NCBI GenBank assembly: GCA_036677065.1
Contig: JAKFBS010000008.1
Location: forward strand, 32,001 to 96,000
Direction: 5' to 3'
DNA from: Bdellovibrio sp.
GTDB taxonomy: Bacteria; Bdellovibrionota; Bdellovibrionia; Bdellovibrionales; Bdellovibrionaceae
Length of the DNA stretch: 64,000 nt
In this document: positions 48,015-57,543 of the stretch, piece after piece
Position numbering within the stretch: the first letter of the stretch is position 1
Layout: each line of letters begins with the position of its first letter
Program-made: the position numbers and the translations under genes
The notes under the pieces: generated by a model
Database searches by the model: none
The model's input: the letters and a program-made list of their open reading frames with translations, nothing else
Told to the model about the DNA's origin: nothing

Positions 48015-48401
48015 ATGAAATCTTTAGCGATGGCGCTATTAGTATTGGGTTTTGCACAAGCTGGCTTTGCCGTTGAAACACAAGAATTAAAGTGTGCTGA
48101 TCAGGCCGTAAAAGCCGCGACTTTAAATAACTTTAAACGTTTTAATGCTTCGACTGGTTCATGTGGCGCGAAACTTTTAACAGCAGGAGATTATTTAGAA
48201 ACATACTTAGTTTGTGTAAGTGATGAAACTGAACCATCTGAGTGGATTGTGGTTATGTCTAAAAAGGGCGACAAATGTAAAGTCAAATATGCTGATAATC
48301 AGTATGACTCTGAAACACCGAACTTTGAATCAAGCGAAGGTTTATTAAAAACTGTAGAGTGTTCAATTGATTACGGTGATAACAAATTAGTTTGTAAGTA
48401 A
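48015..48401 (+). CDS. small secreted Cys-containing hypothetical protein
   Basis: strong SD, signal peptide, 6 Cys; sits antisense between pth and rplY. Confidence 0.75.
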   Translation: MKSLAMALLVLGFAQAGFAVETQELKCADQAVKAATLNNFKRFNASTGSCGAKLLTAGDYLETYLVCVSDETEPSEWIVVMSKKGDKCKVKYADNQYDSETPNFESSEGLLKTVECSIDYGDNKLVCK

Positions 48402-48440
48402 TTTCGATTTTAAATTTAGAAACTCTGTTTTGAAGTTCAA

Positions 48441-48478
48441 AAATAAAAAAGGCGATGTTTCCATCGCCTTTTTTATTT
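48441..48478. terminator. bidirectional intrinsic terminator
   Basis: AAATAAAAAAGGCGATG-TTTC-CATCGCCTTTTTTATTT. Confidence 0.85.
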
Positions 48479-48513
48479 GTAACGCTTCGCCTATCAGATA
48501 GGGAACTGTTACC

Positions 48514-49200
48514 TTATTTTTTTGCTGCTGGTTTAGCTGCTGCTGGAGCTTTCGCGCCTGCTGCTGCCGCTGGAGCTTTTCCACCCGCTGCTGCTGCTGG
48601 AGCTGCTGCCGCTGCAACAACTGGTGCTGCAACAACTTCGTCTTCTTGTTCAACAACTGCTGCGATTGTAACTTCAGGACGAGAGATAAGTTTAACTCCC
48701 GCTGGCATTGTTAATTCAGAAGCATGTAATGAATCGCCTACGCCTAAGTTAGATACGTCTAAAGTTAAGAAATCAGGGATTGCTGTTGGTAAACACTCAA
48801 TCTCAACTGAACGCATAACGATATTTAATAATCCGCCTTCAGCAAGACCGATCGCTTTACCTTCGATTTTGATCTCTACAGATACGCGAACTGCTTTGTT
48901 CATGTCTAATGCGAAAAAATCAACGTGTTCTGGACGACGAGATAATGGGTTAACTTGTACAGATTTAATTAAAGCAACTTTACCGTTTAATTTAGAATCA
49001 GAAGATTTTAAAGTTAATAAAGCATTCTCGTAAGCACGAGTGTTGTATTTTAAGATATCATTTACGTGTACAGATACGTTTTGGTTTTCCATAGCTCCGT
49101 AGATTACGGCTGGAACCATTTTGTTAACGCGTAATTCGCGTGAGTTAGCACGGCCGATTTCGCGAGTTGTAACTGTTAATTCAATTCTTTGTTTGCTCAT
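48514..49200 (-). CDS. rplY: 50S ribosomal protein bL25/Ctc
   Basis: VPAVIYG, HVDF, L25 C-terminal domain; start MSKQ at 49200. Confidence 0.95.
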   Translation of the reverse strand: MSKQRIELTVTTREIGRANSRELRVNKMVPAVIYGAMENQNVSVHVNDILKYNTRAYENALLTLKSSDSKLNGKVALIKSVQVNPLSRRPEHVDFFALDMNKAVRVSVEIKIEGKAIGLAEGGLLNIVMRSVEIECLPTAIPDFLTLDVSNLGVGDSLHASELTMPAGVKLISRPEVTIAAVVEQEDEVVAAPVVAAAAAPAAAAGGKAPAAAAGAKAPAAAKPAAKK

Positions 49201-49241
49201 CTTGTTTCCTTGCGTGTCTGCGACACGACTCTCTCTTTGTA

Positions 49242-49281
49242 CCACTTACTCATCAGGCGAAATTGCCTTACTCATCGGTGG
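49242..49281 (-). promoter_or_regulatory. putative bL25-binding leader (5S rRNA loop E mimic)
   Basis: CCAC-C-GAUGAGUA-AGGC-AAUUUC-GCCU-GAUGAGUA-A-GUGG upstream of rplY. Confidence 0.6.
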
Positions 49282-49298
49282 AGTTTGTTTTTATAAAT

Positions 49299-50258
49299 CT
49301 AGTCGAAAAGTGAACTCACTGAATCGTGGTCGTGAATTCTTCTGATCGCTTCAGCTAAAACGCCAGCCACCGAAATGACTTGGATTTTACTGCATTTTTT
49401 CGCCTGCTCAGATAAAGGAATTGTGTCAGTCACAAATACTTTTTCAATGGCACTTTCTTGTAAACGGCTAATAGCCGGTCCAGAAAATACCGCATGCGTA
49501 GCAACGGCGAACACCTGTTTTGCACCATTTTTAAGGAGGCTGTCAACAGCTTGTGTTAGCGTTCCAGCCGTGTCGATCATGTCATCCACGATCACTGCAA
49601 TTTTACCCTGAACATCGCCGATTAAATGCATCGCTTTAGCTTCGTTTGGAGCGGTTCTGCGCTTGTCGATAATGGCCATAGTCGAACCAATTCGTTTAGA
49701 GAAGGCGCGAGCGCGTTCAACGCCTCCGGCATCGGGACTTACGGTCACAAAACTATCACCATCACCGTAAGCGTCTTTCCAGGCACGGGCCATGGTCGGA
49801 ACTGCGAATAAGTGATCCACTGGGCAGTTGAAAAAGCCTTGAATTTGGGCAGCATGAAGATCAACTGATACTACGCGATCGGCTCCTGCTGTTGTGATTA
49901 GATCGGCCATACATTTTGCTGTGATCGGCGCTCGTGGTGCAACTTTACGATCTTGGCGGGCATAACCGTAATACGGAATGACGGCCGTGATTGAAGCGGC
50001 AGAAGCGCGTTTAAGGGCATCAAGAATAATAAATAATTCCATGTAAGATTGATTTACTGGCGGACAAGTACTTTGGATCACAAAGATATCTTTTCCGCGC
50101 ACTGATTCGTGAATTTCGACTTGGATTTCGCCGTCAGAAAAGCTTGTGACTTTGCTTTCTCCGAGCGGAATTCCTAAAATACTGCAGACTTGTTTTGAAA
50201 GTTCGAGGTTTGTATTACCTGCGAACACCTTAAAATTTTGGTTTTTTGCATCTGTCAT
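49299..50258 (-). CDS. prs: ribose-phosphate pyrophosphokinase
   Basis: FSDGE, PYYGYARQDRK, DLHA.QIQGFF, VDDMIDTAGT. Confidence 0.98.
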   Translation of the reverse strand: MTDAKNQNFKVFAGNTNLELSKQVCSILGIPLGESKVTSFSDGEIQVEIHESVRGKDIFVIQSTCPPVNQSYMELFIILDALKRASAASITAVIPYYGYARQDRKVAPRAPITAKCMADLITTAGADRVVSVDLHAAQIQGFFNCPVDHLFAVPTMARAWKDAYGDGDSFVTVSPDAGGVERARAFSKRIGSTMAIIDKRRTAPNEAKAMHLIGDVQGKIAVIVDDMIDTAGTLTQAVDSLLKNGAKQVFAVATHAVFSGPAISRLQESAIEKVFVTDTIPLSEQAKKCSKIQVISVAGVLAEAIRRIHDHDSVSSLFD

Positions 50259-50282
50259 TAATCCCCCTATGACGTTTTGCAG

Positions 50283-50894
50283 TTACTTTGCTGAATTCAA
50301 TTTCGAAATAAATTGATTTAGCGCTTGAGCTCTGTGCGAGTGCTGGATCTTATAACCGGGACCCAGTTCTGCCAGAGTTTTAGTTTCATTTTCAGGAACA
50401 AATACCGGATCGTAACCAAAGCCCATTTGTCCAGTGGCCTTTGAACTGATCACGCCTTTCATAACGCCTTCGAAAATCCATTCTTGCCGTCCGCCCGGCG
50501 CATTATCGGGTGTAAGTACAACCGTCACACATTTAAACTGGGCTGTGCGCGGTGAAATATTTCTAATTTGCATCATCTTTAAAAGTTTTGCGACGTTCTC
50601 AGAGTCAGCTGCGTTTGCACCTGCGTATCTTGCTGAGTGAACGCCGGGAAGATTATTTAAACCAGTCACTTCAAGACCTGCGTCTTCACCTAACACAAAA
50701 GCGTCAGGCTTAATGGCTTTTAATGTTTTTGCTTTGATACGCGCATTATCTAAAAAAGTTGCGCCGTCTTCTGGGCGGGCCGTGAAACCTTTGATTTCGC
50801 CTTGATGAAAAAGTTGAATCTCTGGCAATGCACGCAAGGCCATTTTGTATTCTTCAAGTTTACCTTTGTTGCCAGTGGCGATCCAAAGTTCCAT
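50283..50894 (-). CDS. rdgB: non-canonical purine NTP pyrophosphatase (Ham1 family)
   Basis: ATGNKGK, NA.IKA, PGVHSARY, GFGYDPVF, SHR. Confidence 0.93.
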   Translation of the reverse strand: MELWIATGNKGKLEEYKMALRALPEIQLFHQGEIKGFTARPEDGATFLDNARIKAKTLKAIKPDAFVLGEDAGLEVTGLNNLPGVHSARYAGANAADSENVAKLLKMMQIRNISPRTAQFKCVTVVLTPDNAPGGRQEWIFEGVMKGVISSKATGQMGFGYDPVFVPENETKTLAELGPGYKIQHSHRAQALNQFISKLNSAK

Positions 50895-50896
50895 CG

Positions 50897-51667
50897 TTAG
50901 GCCTTAACCAGCGGATAATATTCGCCGATAATTTTTTGTTGGTATTCAAATAATTCTTTGCAGCCGTGTTCAGCGATCGTCATCATGTCAAACAATTGTT
51001 GACGTGAGAATGTGCCTTCTTCGGCTGTGCCTTGCACTTCGATAAATTCATTTTTGTTCGTCATCACGAAATTCATATCGGTGCCGATATCAGAGTCTTC
51101 ATCGTAATTTAAATCTAAGATAGGAATTAAATTATTTTTATCATCTTCAAAAAGACCCACAGAAATTGCAGCGACGTAATGTTTGATCGGATTAGTTTTA
51201 ATTTCGCCAAGCGCTTGTAATTTTTTACACGCTAAAGCTAACGCCACGAAACCACCAGTGACAGCCGCGGTGCGAGTTCCGCCGTCAGCATTGATCACAT
51301 CACAATCGATGATGATTTGTTTTTCGCCTAAGTTTTTTAACTCAACACATGAACGAAGACTGCGTCCAACTAATCTTGAAATTTCTTGCGTACGACCACC
51401 ACTTGCGGTTTTTTCGCGTTTCATGCGTGTGTGAGTAGAACGCGGTAACATGCCATATTCAGCAGTGACCCAACCAGCCCCAGAGCCTGCAAGCCATTGC
51501 GGAGCTTTCGATTCGTAAGTCGCTGTACAAAGTACGCGGGTGTTTCCGAATTCAACTAAAGCAGAGCCTTCAGCGTAGTCTGAAACATTCGCCGTAATTT
51601 TAATTTGGCGAAGTTGATTGTGAAGACGTTTGTCGGCGCGAACGAAGTGTTGAGATGGATTTGTCAT
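50897..51667 (-). CDS. rph: ribonuclease PH
   Basis: GWVTAEYGMLPRST, GRTQEISRL.GR, ADGGTRTA. Confidence 0.97.
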   Translation of the reverse strand: MTNPSQHFVRADKRLHNQLRQIKITANVSDYAEGSALVEFGNTRVLCTATYESKAPQWLAGSGAGWVTAEYGMLPRSTHTRMKREKTASGGRTQEISRLVGRSLRSCVELKNLGEKQIIIDCDVINADGGTRTAAVTGGFVALALACKKLQALGEIKTNPIKHYVAAISVGLFEDDKNNLIPILDLNYDEDSDIGTDMNFVMTNKNEFIEVQGTAEEGTFSRQQLFDMMTIAEHGCKELFEYQQKIIGEYYPLVKA

Positions 51668-51709
51668 GCTTGATATAACACTAAATCCTCGAGTGAAAGT
51701 AAAGGGAAT

Positions 51710-52414
51710 CTAGAGTGAATTTTTATAAGCGTAAATACTTTTGACGATCGTTTCAGCAATCTCTTGTTGACGCTCTTCGGTGAGGAGCAGTTTCGCTTCG
51801 CTTAAATTAGAAATATAGCCAATTTCAATCAGCGCAGAAGGCATTGTGGTTTTCTCGATCACGAAAAATGGCGCGCGTTTAATTACAGTTTTAGAGTCTG
51901 ACCCTAGGGCTTTGACTTGGTTTTGCAAAATTTGATTAAACTTAAGACTCTGTCTGGTTTGGCCAAAGCTTGTCAGATCGCCAATAATTTTTTTTACTCC
52001 GGTCGAGGCTTCAATCGCAGGCATTTTTATAGCGTAAACACCTTTTTTAAAATAGAACTCCATGCCGCTTACATAACTTGCCTGTGAAGAGTTAGCGTGA
52101 AGACTAATAAAAAGATCAGCGCTTTGTCGTTCGGCCACTTTTACGCGATTTTCTAAGGATAAACTTTTGTTTGTTTCACGAGTGAGAATCACTTCGATAT
52201 TCTGTGAGAACTGGCTTTGAATCAGGCTCTGGATTTTTTGCGCTACTTTAAGCGTAATGTCAGACTCTTTGAAAATTCCGCGCACAGCCCCAACGTCGAC
52301 CCCACCGTGTCCCGGATCAATCACCAATACAAAAGGTTTTGCGACTGGTTGAGCGATATTGGCCCGAGCCGTCAGAGTGAATAGTAAAATTGGGATAAGT
52401 AATGCGTATCGCAT
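51710..52414 (-). CDS. N-acetylmuramoyl-L-alanine amidase (Amidase_3)
   Basis: IDPGHGG, LFISLHAN, LIEIGYISN. Confidence 0.92.
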   Translation of the reverse strand: MRYALLIPILLFTLTARANIAQPVAKPFVLVIDPGHGGVDVGAVRGIFKESDITLKVAQKIQSLIQSQFSQNIEVILTRETNKSLSLENRVKVAERQSADLFISLHANSSQASYVSGMEFYFKKGVYAIKMPAIEASTGVKKIIGDLTSFGQTRQSLKFNQILQNQVKALGSDSKTVIKRAPFFVIEKTTMPSALIEIGYISNLSEAKLLLTEERQQEIAETIVKSIYAYKNSL

Positions 52415-52454
52415 TTCTTAATTTAAGCATTTTTTTGGGCGTATGAGATAAGAG

Positions 52455-52509
52455 AAAAAAAAAGACGGCCAGGTAAAGGGGGGGGATGCCTAGCCGCCAT
52501 GGGGGGTGC
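52455..52509 (-). ncRNA. putative ~55-nt C-rich small RNA
   Basis: starts at the expected +1 of a sigma54 promoter; 10-bp stem with C8 loop and U9 tail. Confidence 0.6.
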
Positions 52510-52520
52510 TTTTATATAGA

Positions 52521-52535
52521 GCAATAGTGTGACCA
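52521..52535 (-). promoter_or_regulatory. sigma54 (-24/-12) promoter
   Basis: TGGTCACACTATTGC = GG-N10-GC with TTGC. Confidence 0.65.
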
Positions 52536-52666
52536 AGTTTTAAAGCAATTTATACGATTTGAGCTGTATATCCACTGGACAGTGACGCGAAACGCGCGTC
52601 ACTGGATGCTTGAGGCGGAATAGGTCGAAAAAAGCTGGTTCTAAGTTTGCTTTTTAATTTGCGTAT

Positions 52667-53530
52667 ATGCAGTTGATTCAAAAAATGCCTTTTTCTGAAT
52701 TCAAAGCCCGCTTATCGAGTGCGGTTTCTAATGCAAATAAGCATGATATTTTTGTTATGGCCAGTTCTTTGGCCTATACGACAGCGCTGGCGCTGGCTCC
52801 GTTTTTGTTAATTACTTTATCGTTTGCATCATTACTGTCGCCAGACTTGCAGCAAAATATTTACGAAGGATTAACAACCGCGGTCGGTGAAAAAATTGCG
52901 GGAACCATATTGGCGATGATTGAAAGTGCAGACAGTAATCCAAAACTTTCAGGAATATCCGGAGTGATCGGGGTTATTGTTTTAGCTATTTCAGCTTCGG
53001 CTATTTTTTCGAATCTAAAAATCGCTTTAGATAAAATCAATGAACACGCTTTTGCCAAAGACCCCAGTGGTTTCTGGATTTTTGTTAAAGGTAAATTGTT
53101 TTCGATGGGCTTAGTTTTTGGTTTTGCCTTTTTATCAGTGGCCTCTTTAGTTTTTACCATGGTGATTGCGATTATTTATCCAGAAGGCATGGGTTTTTTT
53201 TGGGGCTTAGTCTCGTTTGCCGTTAATTTTAGTTTATTTGCCTTGGTGTTTAGTGCCATTTACCGGTTTGTCCCGACAGATAAGGCGACTTATAAAAGTT
53301 GTATCATTTCAGGCGTGATCAGTACGATTTTTTATTTAATCGGCAAACGGGTTATTGGCTTGTATCTGGGAAATGCAGGACTTGAGTCCTCATACGGGGC
53401 TGCGGGGTCGTTAATTGTGTTATTAGTATGGGTTTATTACACCGCTTTAACTTTACTTTTCAGTTACGAATTCACTCGTGACGTCATTCTTAAAAAAGAT
53501 TTAACAGATAATTCGCAAATAGAAACATAA
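52667..53530 (+). CDS. YihY/virulence factor BrkB family membrane protein
   Basis: ASSLAY...LALAP, YGAAGSLIVLLVWVYY. Confidence 0.92.
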   Translation: MQLIQKMPFSEFKARLSSAVSNANKHDIFVMASSLAYTTALALAPFLLITLSFASLLSPDLQQNIYEGLTTAVGEKIAGTILAMIESADSNPKLSGISGVIGVIVLAISASAIFSNLKIALDKINEHAFAKDPSGFWIFVKGKLFSMGLVFGFAFLSVASLVFTMVIAIIYPEGMGFFWGLVSFAVNFSLFALVFSAIYRFVPTDKATYKSCIISGVISTIFYLIGKRVIGLYLGNAGLESSYGAAGSLIVLLVWVYYTALTLLFSYEFTRDVILKKDLTDNSQIET

Positions 53531-53644
53531 TGTTTTGAAGGCTCATCTGGACTTAGGTGTTTAATTGAAATCAAGAAGTATTCAATTTCAAGAAGCAGGG
53601 CTATTATGAATAGATAAATTCATAGAGTTTTAAGGGGTTATTAT

Positions 53645-54880
53645 ATGTTCTCGATGCAAAAAATCGTTCTGTTAATTTCAATTGTTTTTTTATTTCAGGG
53701 TGTTAGCCAAAGTGTACAAGCAGCAGATGCAACTGACACGCAAATTCAGGCTGAAGAAGCTATTGGTGACGCCGCTGAAGCAAAAGTAAATGCAGCTGAT
53801 GCTAAAAAACGTTTAGAAGAAGAAAAGAAAAAGCATGATCAGGTTTTAAATGATGCTAAAAAAGCTTTAGACAAAGCCCGCGGTGCCGAAGCTGAATCTA
53901 AAAAAATGACGGCGCAATATGAAAAAGAACTGGCGCAAATGCGTCTTGAAATGTCTGAGGCTGAAAGGCAGCAAGCGCAATCAGTTAAGCAACAGGCTGA
54001 ATTCGAAGCTAAGACAAAATCGTTTAATGAAAAAATTGAAGCTTTGAAAAAGCAAACGGCCGAATCAAAAGAAAAAACAAAAGCAGCCCAAACGGCAGCC
54101 CGTGATGCTGAAAAAACCTGGAAAGACACTGAAAAAGAAACTTCTAAATCGCAAGATGAACTAGCAAAAGCGATTAAAGAAACGGCTGAACAACAGAACG
54201 AACAAAGAACATTACAGCAAAATTTAGTTAAAGCACAGGCGCAGTCACAAAAAGCGCAAGCTGAATTAAAAATGAACGAAGCAAAGCTTACTCAGGAAAA
54301 AGCGCGTTCAGAAGCTGAAAAAAAGAAAAATGAAGCTGAAACAGCAAAACACAAATCGTTAATTGATACAGCACAGGCAAATGTTGATCGTTTAAAAGAA
54401 GAAGTGAAAAAAACAGAAACAGAACAAAAAGAATCGCAAGCCAAATTAAGCGAAGAAAAAGAAAAATTCTCAAGCATTCGCAAAGAAGAAGATAAATTAA
54501 AAGAGCAAAACTTAAAGTCTCGTGCTGAATTAGAAAAAACTAAATCGGTTTTTCTAAAAGAAAGCGCACAATTTAACACCGAGTCGAACCAGCTGAAAAA
54601 GTCGCAAGCTTCGTTAGAAGCCGAGATTAAAAAGAACCAGGCTGAGATCGAACAGATGAAAAAAGATACAGAAAAAAACAAGCAAGAGCGCGAAGCTTTA
54701 GCTGCGGCAGTTGAAAAGTTCAAAGCTCAGGCCGAAGAAAGCAAAGTTAAATCTGAAACTGAAAGAGCTAATGCTGAAGCTGAAAAAATGAAATTAGAAG
54801 CTGAAAAGATCAAAGCTGAAACTGTCGGTTATGATGCTTCAAAGCTTCCGACGGCACCAGCTAAGAAAAAGAAAAAATAA
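53645..54880 (+). CDS. secreted long coiled-coil protein
   Basis: signal peptide; A/E/K/Q-rich heptads. Confidence 0.75.
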   Translation: MFSMQKIVLLISIVFLFQGVSQSVQAADATDTQIQAEEAIGDAAEAKVNAADAKKRLEEEKKKHDQVLNDAKKALDKARGAEAESKKMTAQYEKELAQMRLEMSEAERQQAQSVKQQAEFEAKTKSFNEKIEALKKQTAESKEKTKAAQTAARDAEKTWKDTEKETSKSQDELAKAIKETAEQQNEQRTLQQNLVKAQAQSQKAQAELKMNEAKLTQEKARSEAEKKKNEAETAKHKSLIDTAQANVDRLKEEVKKTETEQKESQAKLSEEKEKFSSIRKEEDKLKEQNLKSRAELEKTKSVFLKESAQFNTESNQLKKSQASLEAEIKKNQAEIEQMKKDTEKNKQEREALAAAVEKFKAQAEESKVKSETERANAEAEKMKLEAEKIKAETVGYDASKLPTAPAKKKKK

Positions 54881-54902
54881 TACTTTTCGCAGGGAGCAAC
54901 CT

Positions 54903-55490
54903 ATGTGGGCTTTACATAATTCTTTAAAAGGGTGGACTCTTTATTCATTGGCTGAGCGCGAAGTTCAGTTGTTGATTAACACGCTCTCAAGTAACGAAAT
55001 AAAGCTTGTGAAAGTCTGTAAACAGCACGACAAAGAATGGCATAAAGTTTCACGTGAACAATTTCCTGAACTTTATGCTCCTGTCGGAAAATTCGAAGAA
55101 GGTTATCCGGCATTAAATGCAGATGCAGCCGTTGAAAGCACTGATACTGATTATTTCGTCGTAAAAACTAAAAAAGTATTGCACCCGCGTTTGCATGACC
55201 GCATTGAAAAAGAATTTAATGTCACTGTTCTGGGGCAAAATCAAAATTTTAACACCACGACAATTGATTTATCTGAGGGCGGAATACATTTTAATGATCT
55301 GATTCCAGCCTGGGTTTCGGGATATTTTATCGTCCGCATCACAGACACGAGCGATGGTAACGTTTATTCAGTGATGTGTTCATTAGTTGAAGACCAAAAA
55401 GAGAAAAAGCGCGTGCAGGTCATGTCAGAAGAGTCTGACCCGCAATTTATGCGCTTCAGAAACTGGTTAGACAGTTTGCGCACTGTTTAG
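54903..55490 (+). CDS. PilZ domain (c-di-GMP receptor) protein
   Basis: RLHDR (RxxxR) and DLSEGG (DxSxxG); start probably 54903. Confidence 0.8.
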   Translation: MWALHNSLKGWTLYSLAEREVQLLINTLSSNEIKLVKVCKQHDKEWHKVSREQFPELYAPVGKFEEGYPALNADAAVESTDTDYFVVKTKKVLHPRLHDRIEKEFNVTVLGQNQNFNTTTIDLSEGGIHFNDLIPAWVSGYFIVRITDTSDGNVYSVMCSLVEDQKEKKRVQVMSEESDPQFMRFRNWLDSLRTV

Positions 55491-56612
55491 TTTTGCGCTT
55501 GTAGATTCCATAATTAAAGTTCTGGTCGGGAAGGCGAAATCAAGTTTTGTTTCCTGTGCTAGTTTCACTATATCCAATAAAAATTGATGCGAAAATTGAA
55601 ACTCTGTCTCATGCGGTTGGATGGCAAAATGAAAGTTAATCAAGATATTCTGCGAGCTCTCTGCTAATTCGTGAAATTGAACCACAACGCGGTCTGGATT
55701 AATGCGTGGGTCTTGTTTAAGACGGTAGCGCACTTGATCGCAGAAATGGGCGATTTGCTCTGGAGTTGTCGAATACGTAAAACCCAGGATATGGCGAAAT
55801 CTGCAAATGCCGCGACGTTCAGTCACATTGTCGATTTTTTCTTTGGCCACAACCGAGTTTGGTAGGGTGATAACCGTATTTGTAAAAGATCGAATTCGTG
55901 TAGATCTAAAGCCAACTTCTTCAATGGTGCCTTCAACATCAATGATTTTAATGTGGTCGCCGACGCGAAACGGAGTATCCAATAAAATCGTGATTGTACC
56001 AAAGAAGTTTGCAACGGTGTCTTGAGCTGCGAACGCTAAGGCCACGCCCCCTAAACCAAGGCCGGCTAAGATCGCTGTAACATTCACGCCGAAATTTTGT
56101 AAGATCACCAGCGTTCCGATGATGATGACCAGGCCTTTTAAAGACTTGGTCGCTAACGGGGCCAGTTGATCGCCGATTTGTGATTGTTGTTTATGGGCTA
56201 AGTGATCGATCAGTAATCCTGACGCGTCAGCAGCAAAATAAGCTAGGCGCAGAACATGAAGACCCAGGGTAACTTTTAAAAGTAATAACAAATACTTTTC
56301 AAAGTTTGCTGGTAAGTCTAAATTTTCAACCAGTGCCATTCCGATAAGGGCTGCTAAAATCCAACTTAAGCCACGTTCAATGTTTTGCTGAATGAAATAA
56401 GTAAAAAATGTGCGTTCTTCAGAAAGATGAATTCTTTTTTTAGCTTTGTGTAAAAGAATTCGCACAAGTTTGTTGATAATTAAAACCAGCAATACAGATG
56501 CTGCCAGCGCCAGCCACTTCCAATTTGCCATGACAACGATTTGACTGTTTAAAAGTTCCTGCATTTCTAAAGAGATAAAATTTGCAGAAGTCTGAAAAAT
56601 ATTACTATCCAT
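55467..56612 (-). CDS. MscS family mechanosensitive channel
   Basis: LGLGGVALAFAAQDTVANFFG, PFRVGD, FAFPT. Confidence 0.92.
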   Translation of the reverse strand: MDSNIFQTSANFISLEMQELLNSQIVVMANWKWLALAASVLLVLIINKLVRILLHKAKKRIHLSEERTFFTYFIQQNIERGLSWILAALIGMALVENLDLPANFEKYLLLLLKVTLGLHVLRLAYFAADASGLLIDHLAHKQQSQIGDQLAPLATKSLKGLVIIIGTLVILQNFGVNVTAILAGLGLGGVALAFAAQDTVANFFGTITILLDTPFRVGDHIKIIDVEGTIEEVGFRSTRIRSFTNTVITLPNSVVAKEKIDNVTERRGICRFRHILGFTYSTTPEQIAHFCDQVRYRLKQDPRINPDRVVVQFHELAESSQNILINFHFAIQPHETEFQFSHQFLLDIVKLAQETKLDFAFPTRTLIMESTSAKLNSAQTV

Positions 56613-57360
56613 AAATAAGCACCATAATTCCAAGCACTATACGATAAAAACCAAACCACTTAAACCCATGTTGCGAAACAAAAGCGATAAAACCTTTGAT
56701 CGCAAGCCAAGCGAAAATAAAAGATAAAATGATTCCCACAGCTAAATGAGGCGCGTTACTGGCATCGATAATATGACGAATTTTCCAGGCTTTATATAAA
56801 GTCGCGGCTGTCAGAGTGGGTACGGCCAAGAAAAATGAAAATTCGGCAGCCTCTGATTTTTCGTAACGTAAGACTTGTGCACCTAAAATTGTAGCTCCTG
56901 ATCTTGAGATTCCCGGAATTAAAGCTATGCATTGAATAAGCCCGATTTTAATTGAATCCGGAATGCTAATATTGCCTTTGCCATCGATAGGTTTGATATA
57001 CAAATCAGCGATCACAAAAATGATTCCGCCGATCACCAGCGACCAGGCAACAATCACTGTGCTATCAAGCCATTGATCGATCACATCTTTTAATAAAAAT
57101 CCGGCGATAAGAACAGGTAGTGAGCCGAACGCAATTTTTTTATAAAAATTAATATCAATTTTAATAAAACGCGGAAAGTACATCACGACAACAGCCATGA
57201 TGGCGCCAAATTGAATAATAATCTGAAACGCTTTAAGAAACGCGTCAGATGTTAATCCTAAGAAGTGCGATGTTAAAATAAGGTGACCTGTAGAACTTAC
57301 GGGTAAAAATTCTGTAAAGCCTTCGACGAGAGCTAGTATGACGACGTGTAGATAAGACAT
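56605..57360 (-). CDS. uppP: undecaprenyl-diphosphate phosphatase
   Basis: EGFTEFLPVSSTGH, PGISRSGAT. Confidence 0.97.
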   Translation of the reverse strand: MSYLHVVILALVEGFTEFLPVSSTGHLILTSHFLGLTSDAFLKAFQIIIQFGAIMAVVVMYFPRFIKIDINFYKKIAFGSLPVLIAGFLLKDVIDQWLDSTVIVAWSLVIGGIIFVIADLYIKPIDGKGNISIPDSIKIGLIQCIALIPGISRSGATILGAQVLRYEKSEAAEFSFFLAVPTLTAATLYKAWKIRHIIDASNAPHLAVGIILSFIFAWLAIKGFIAFVSQHGFKWFGFYRIVLGIMVLIYG

Positions 57361-57543
57361 ATATATAGAGTGTTTCGTGCAGATCGTGCGACCTCAACCA
57401 AAGTCCAGCTGCGTTAGTTTATTATTTTTTTAATTTTTTCTTGTTTTAGGGGTCCATCGGGATACGATTCTTGAAAGAAAAAATGGTTCCAAGTTGGAAC
57501 CTAAGCAAATTTGCTAAAAAAATGTTTCACCAAGGAGAGGGAA

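Noticed and set aside
48455..49033. 192-aa + strand ORF and other short antisense ORFs in the track
   Set aside because: Shadows of well-supported genes on the opposite strand or frame
49200..49260. Hammerhead ribozyme (CUGAUGAG...GAAAC) in the rplY leader
   Set aside because: Stems II/III and a cleavage triplet cannot be formed; the loop-E hairpin explains the motif better
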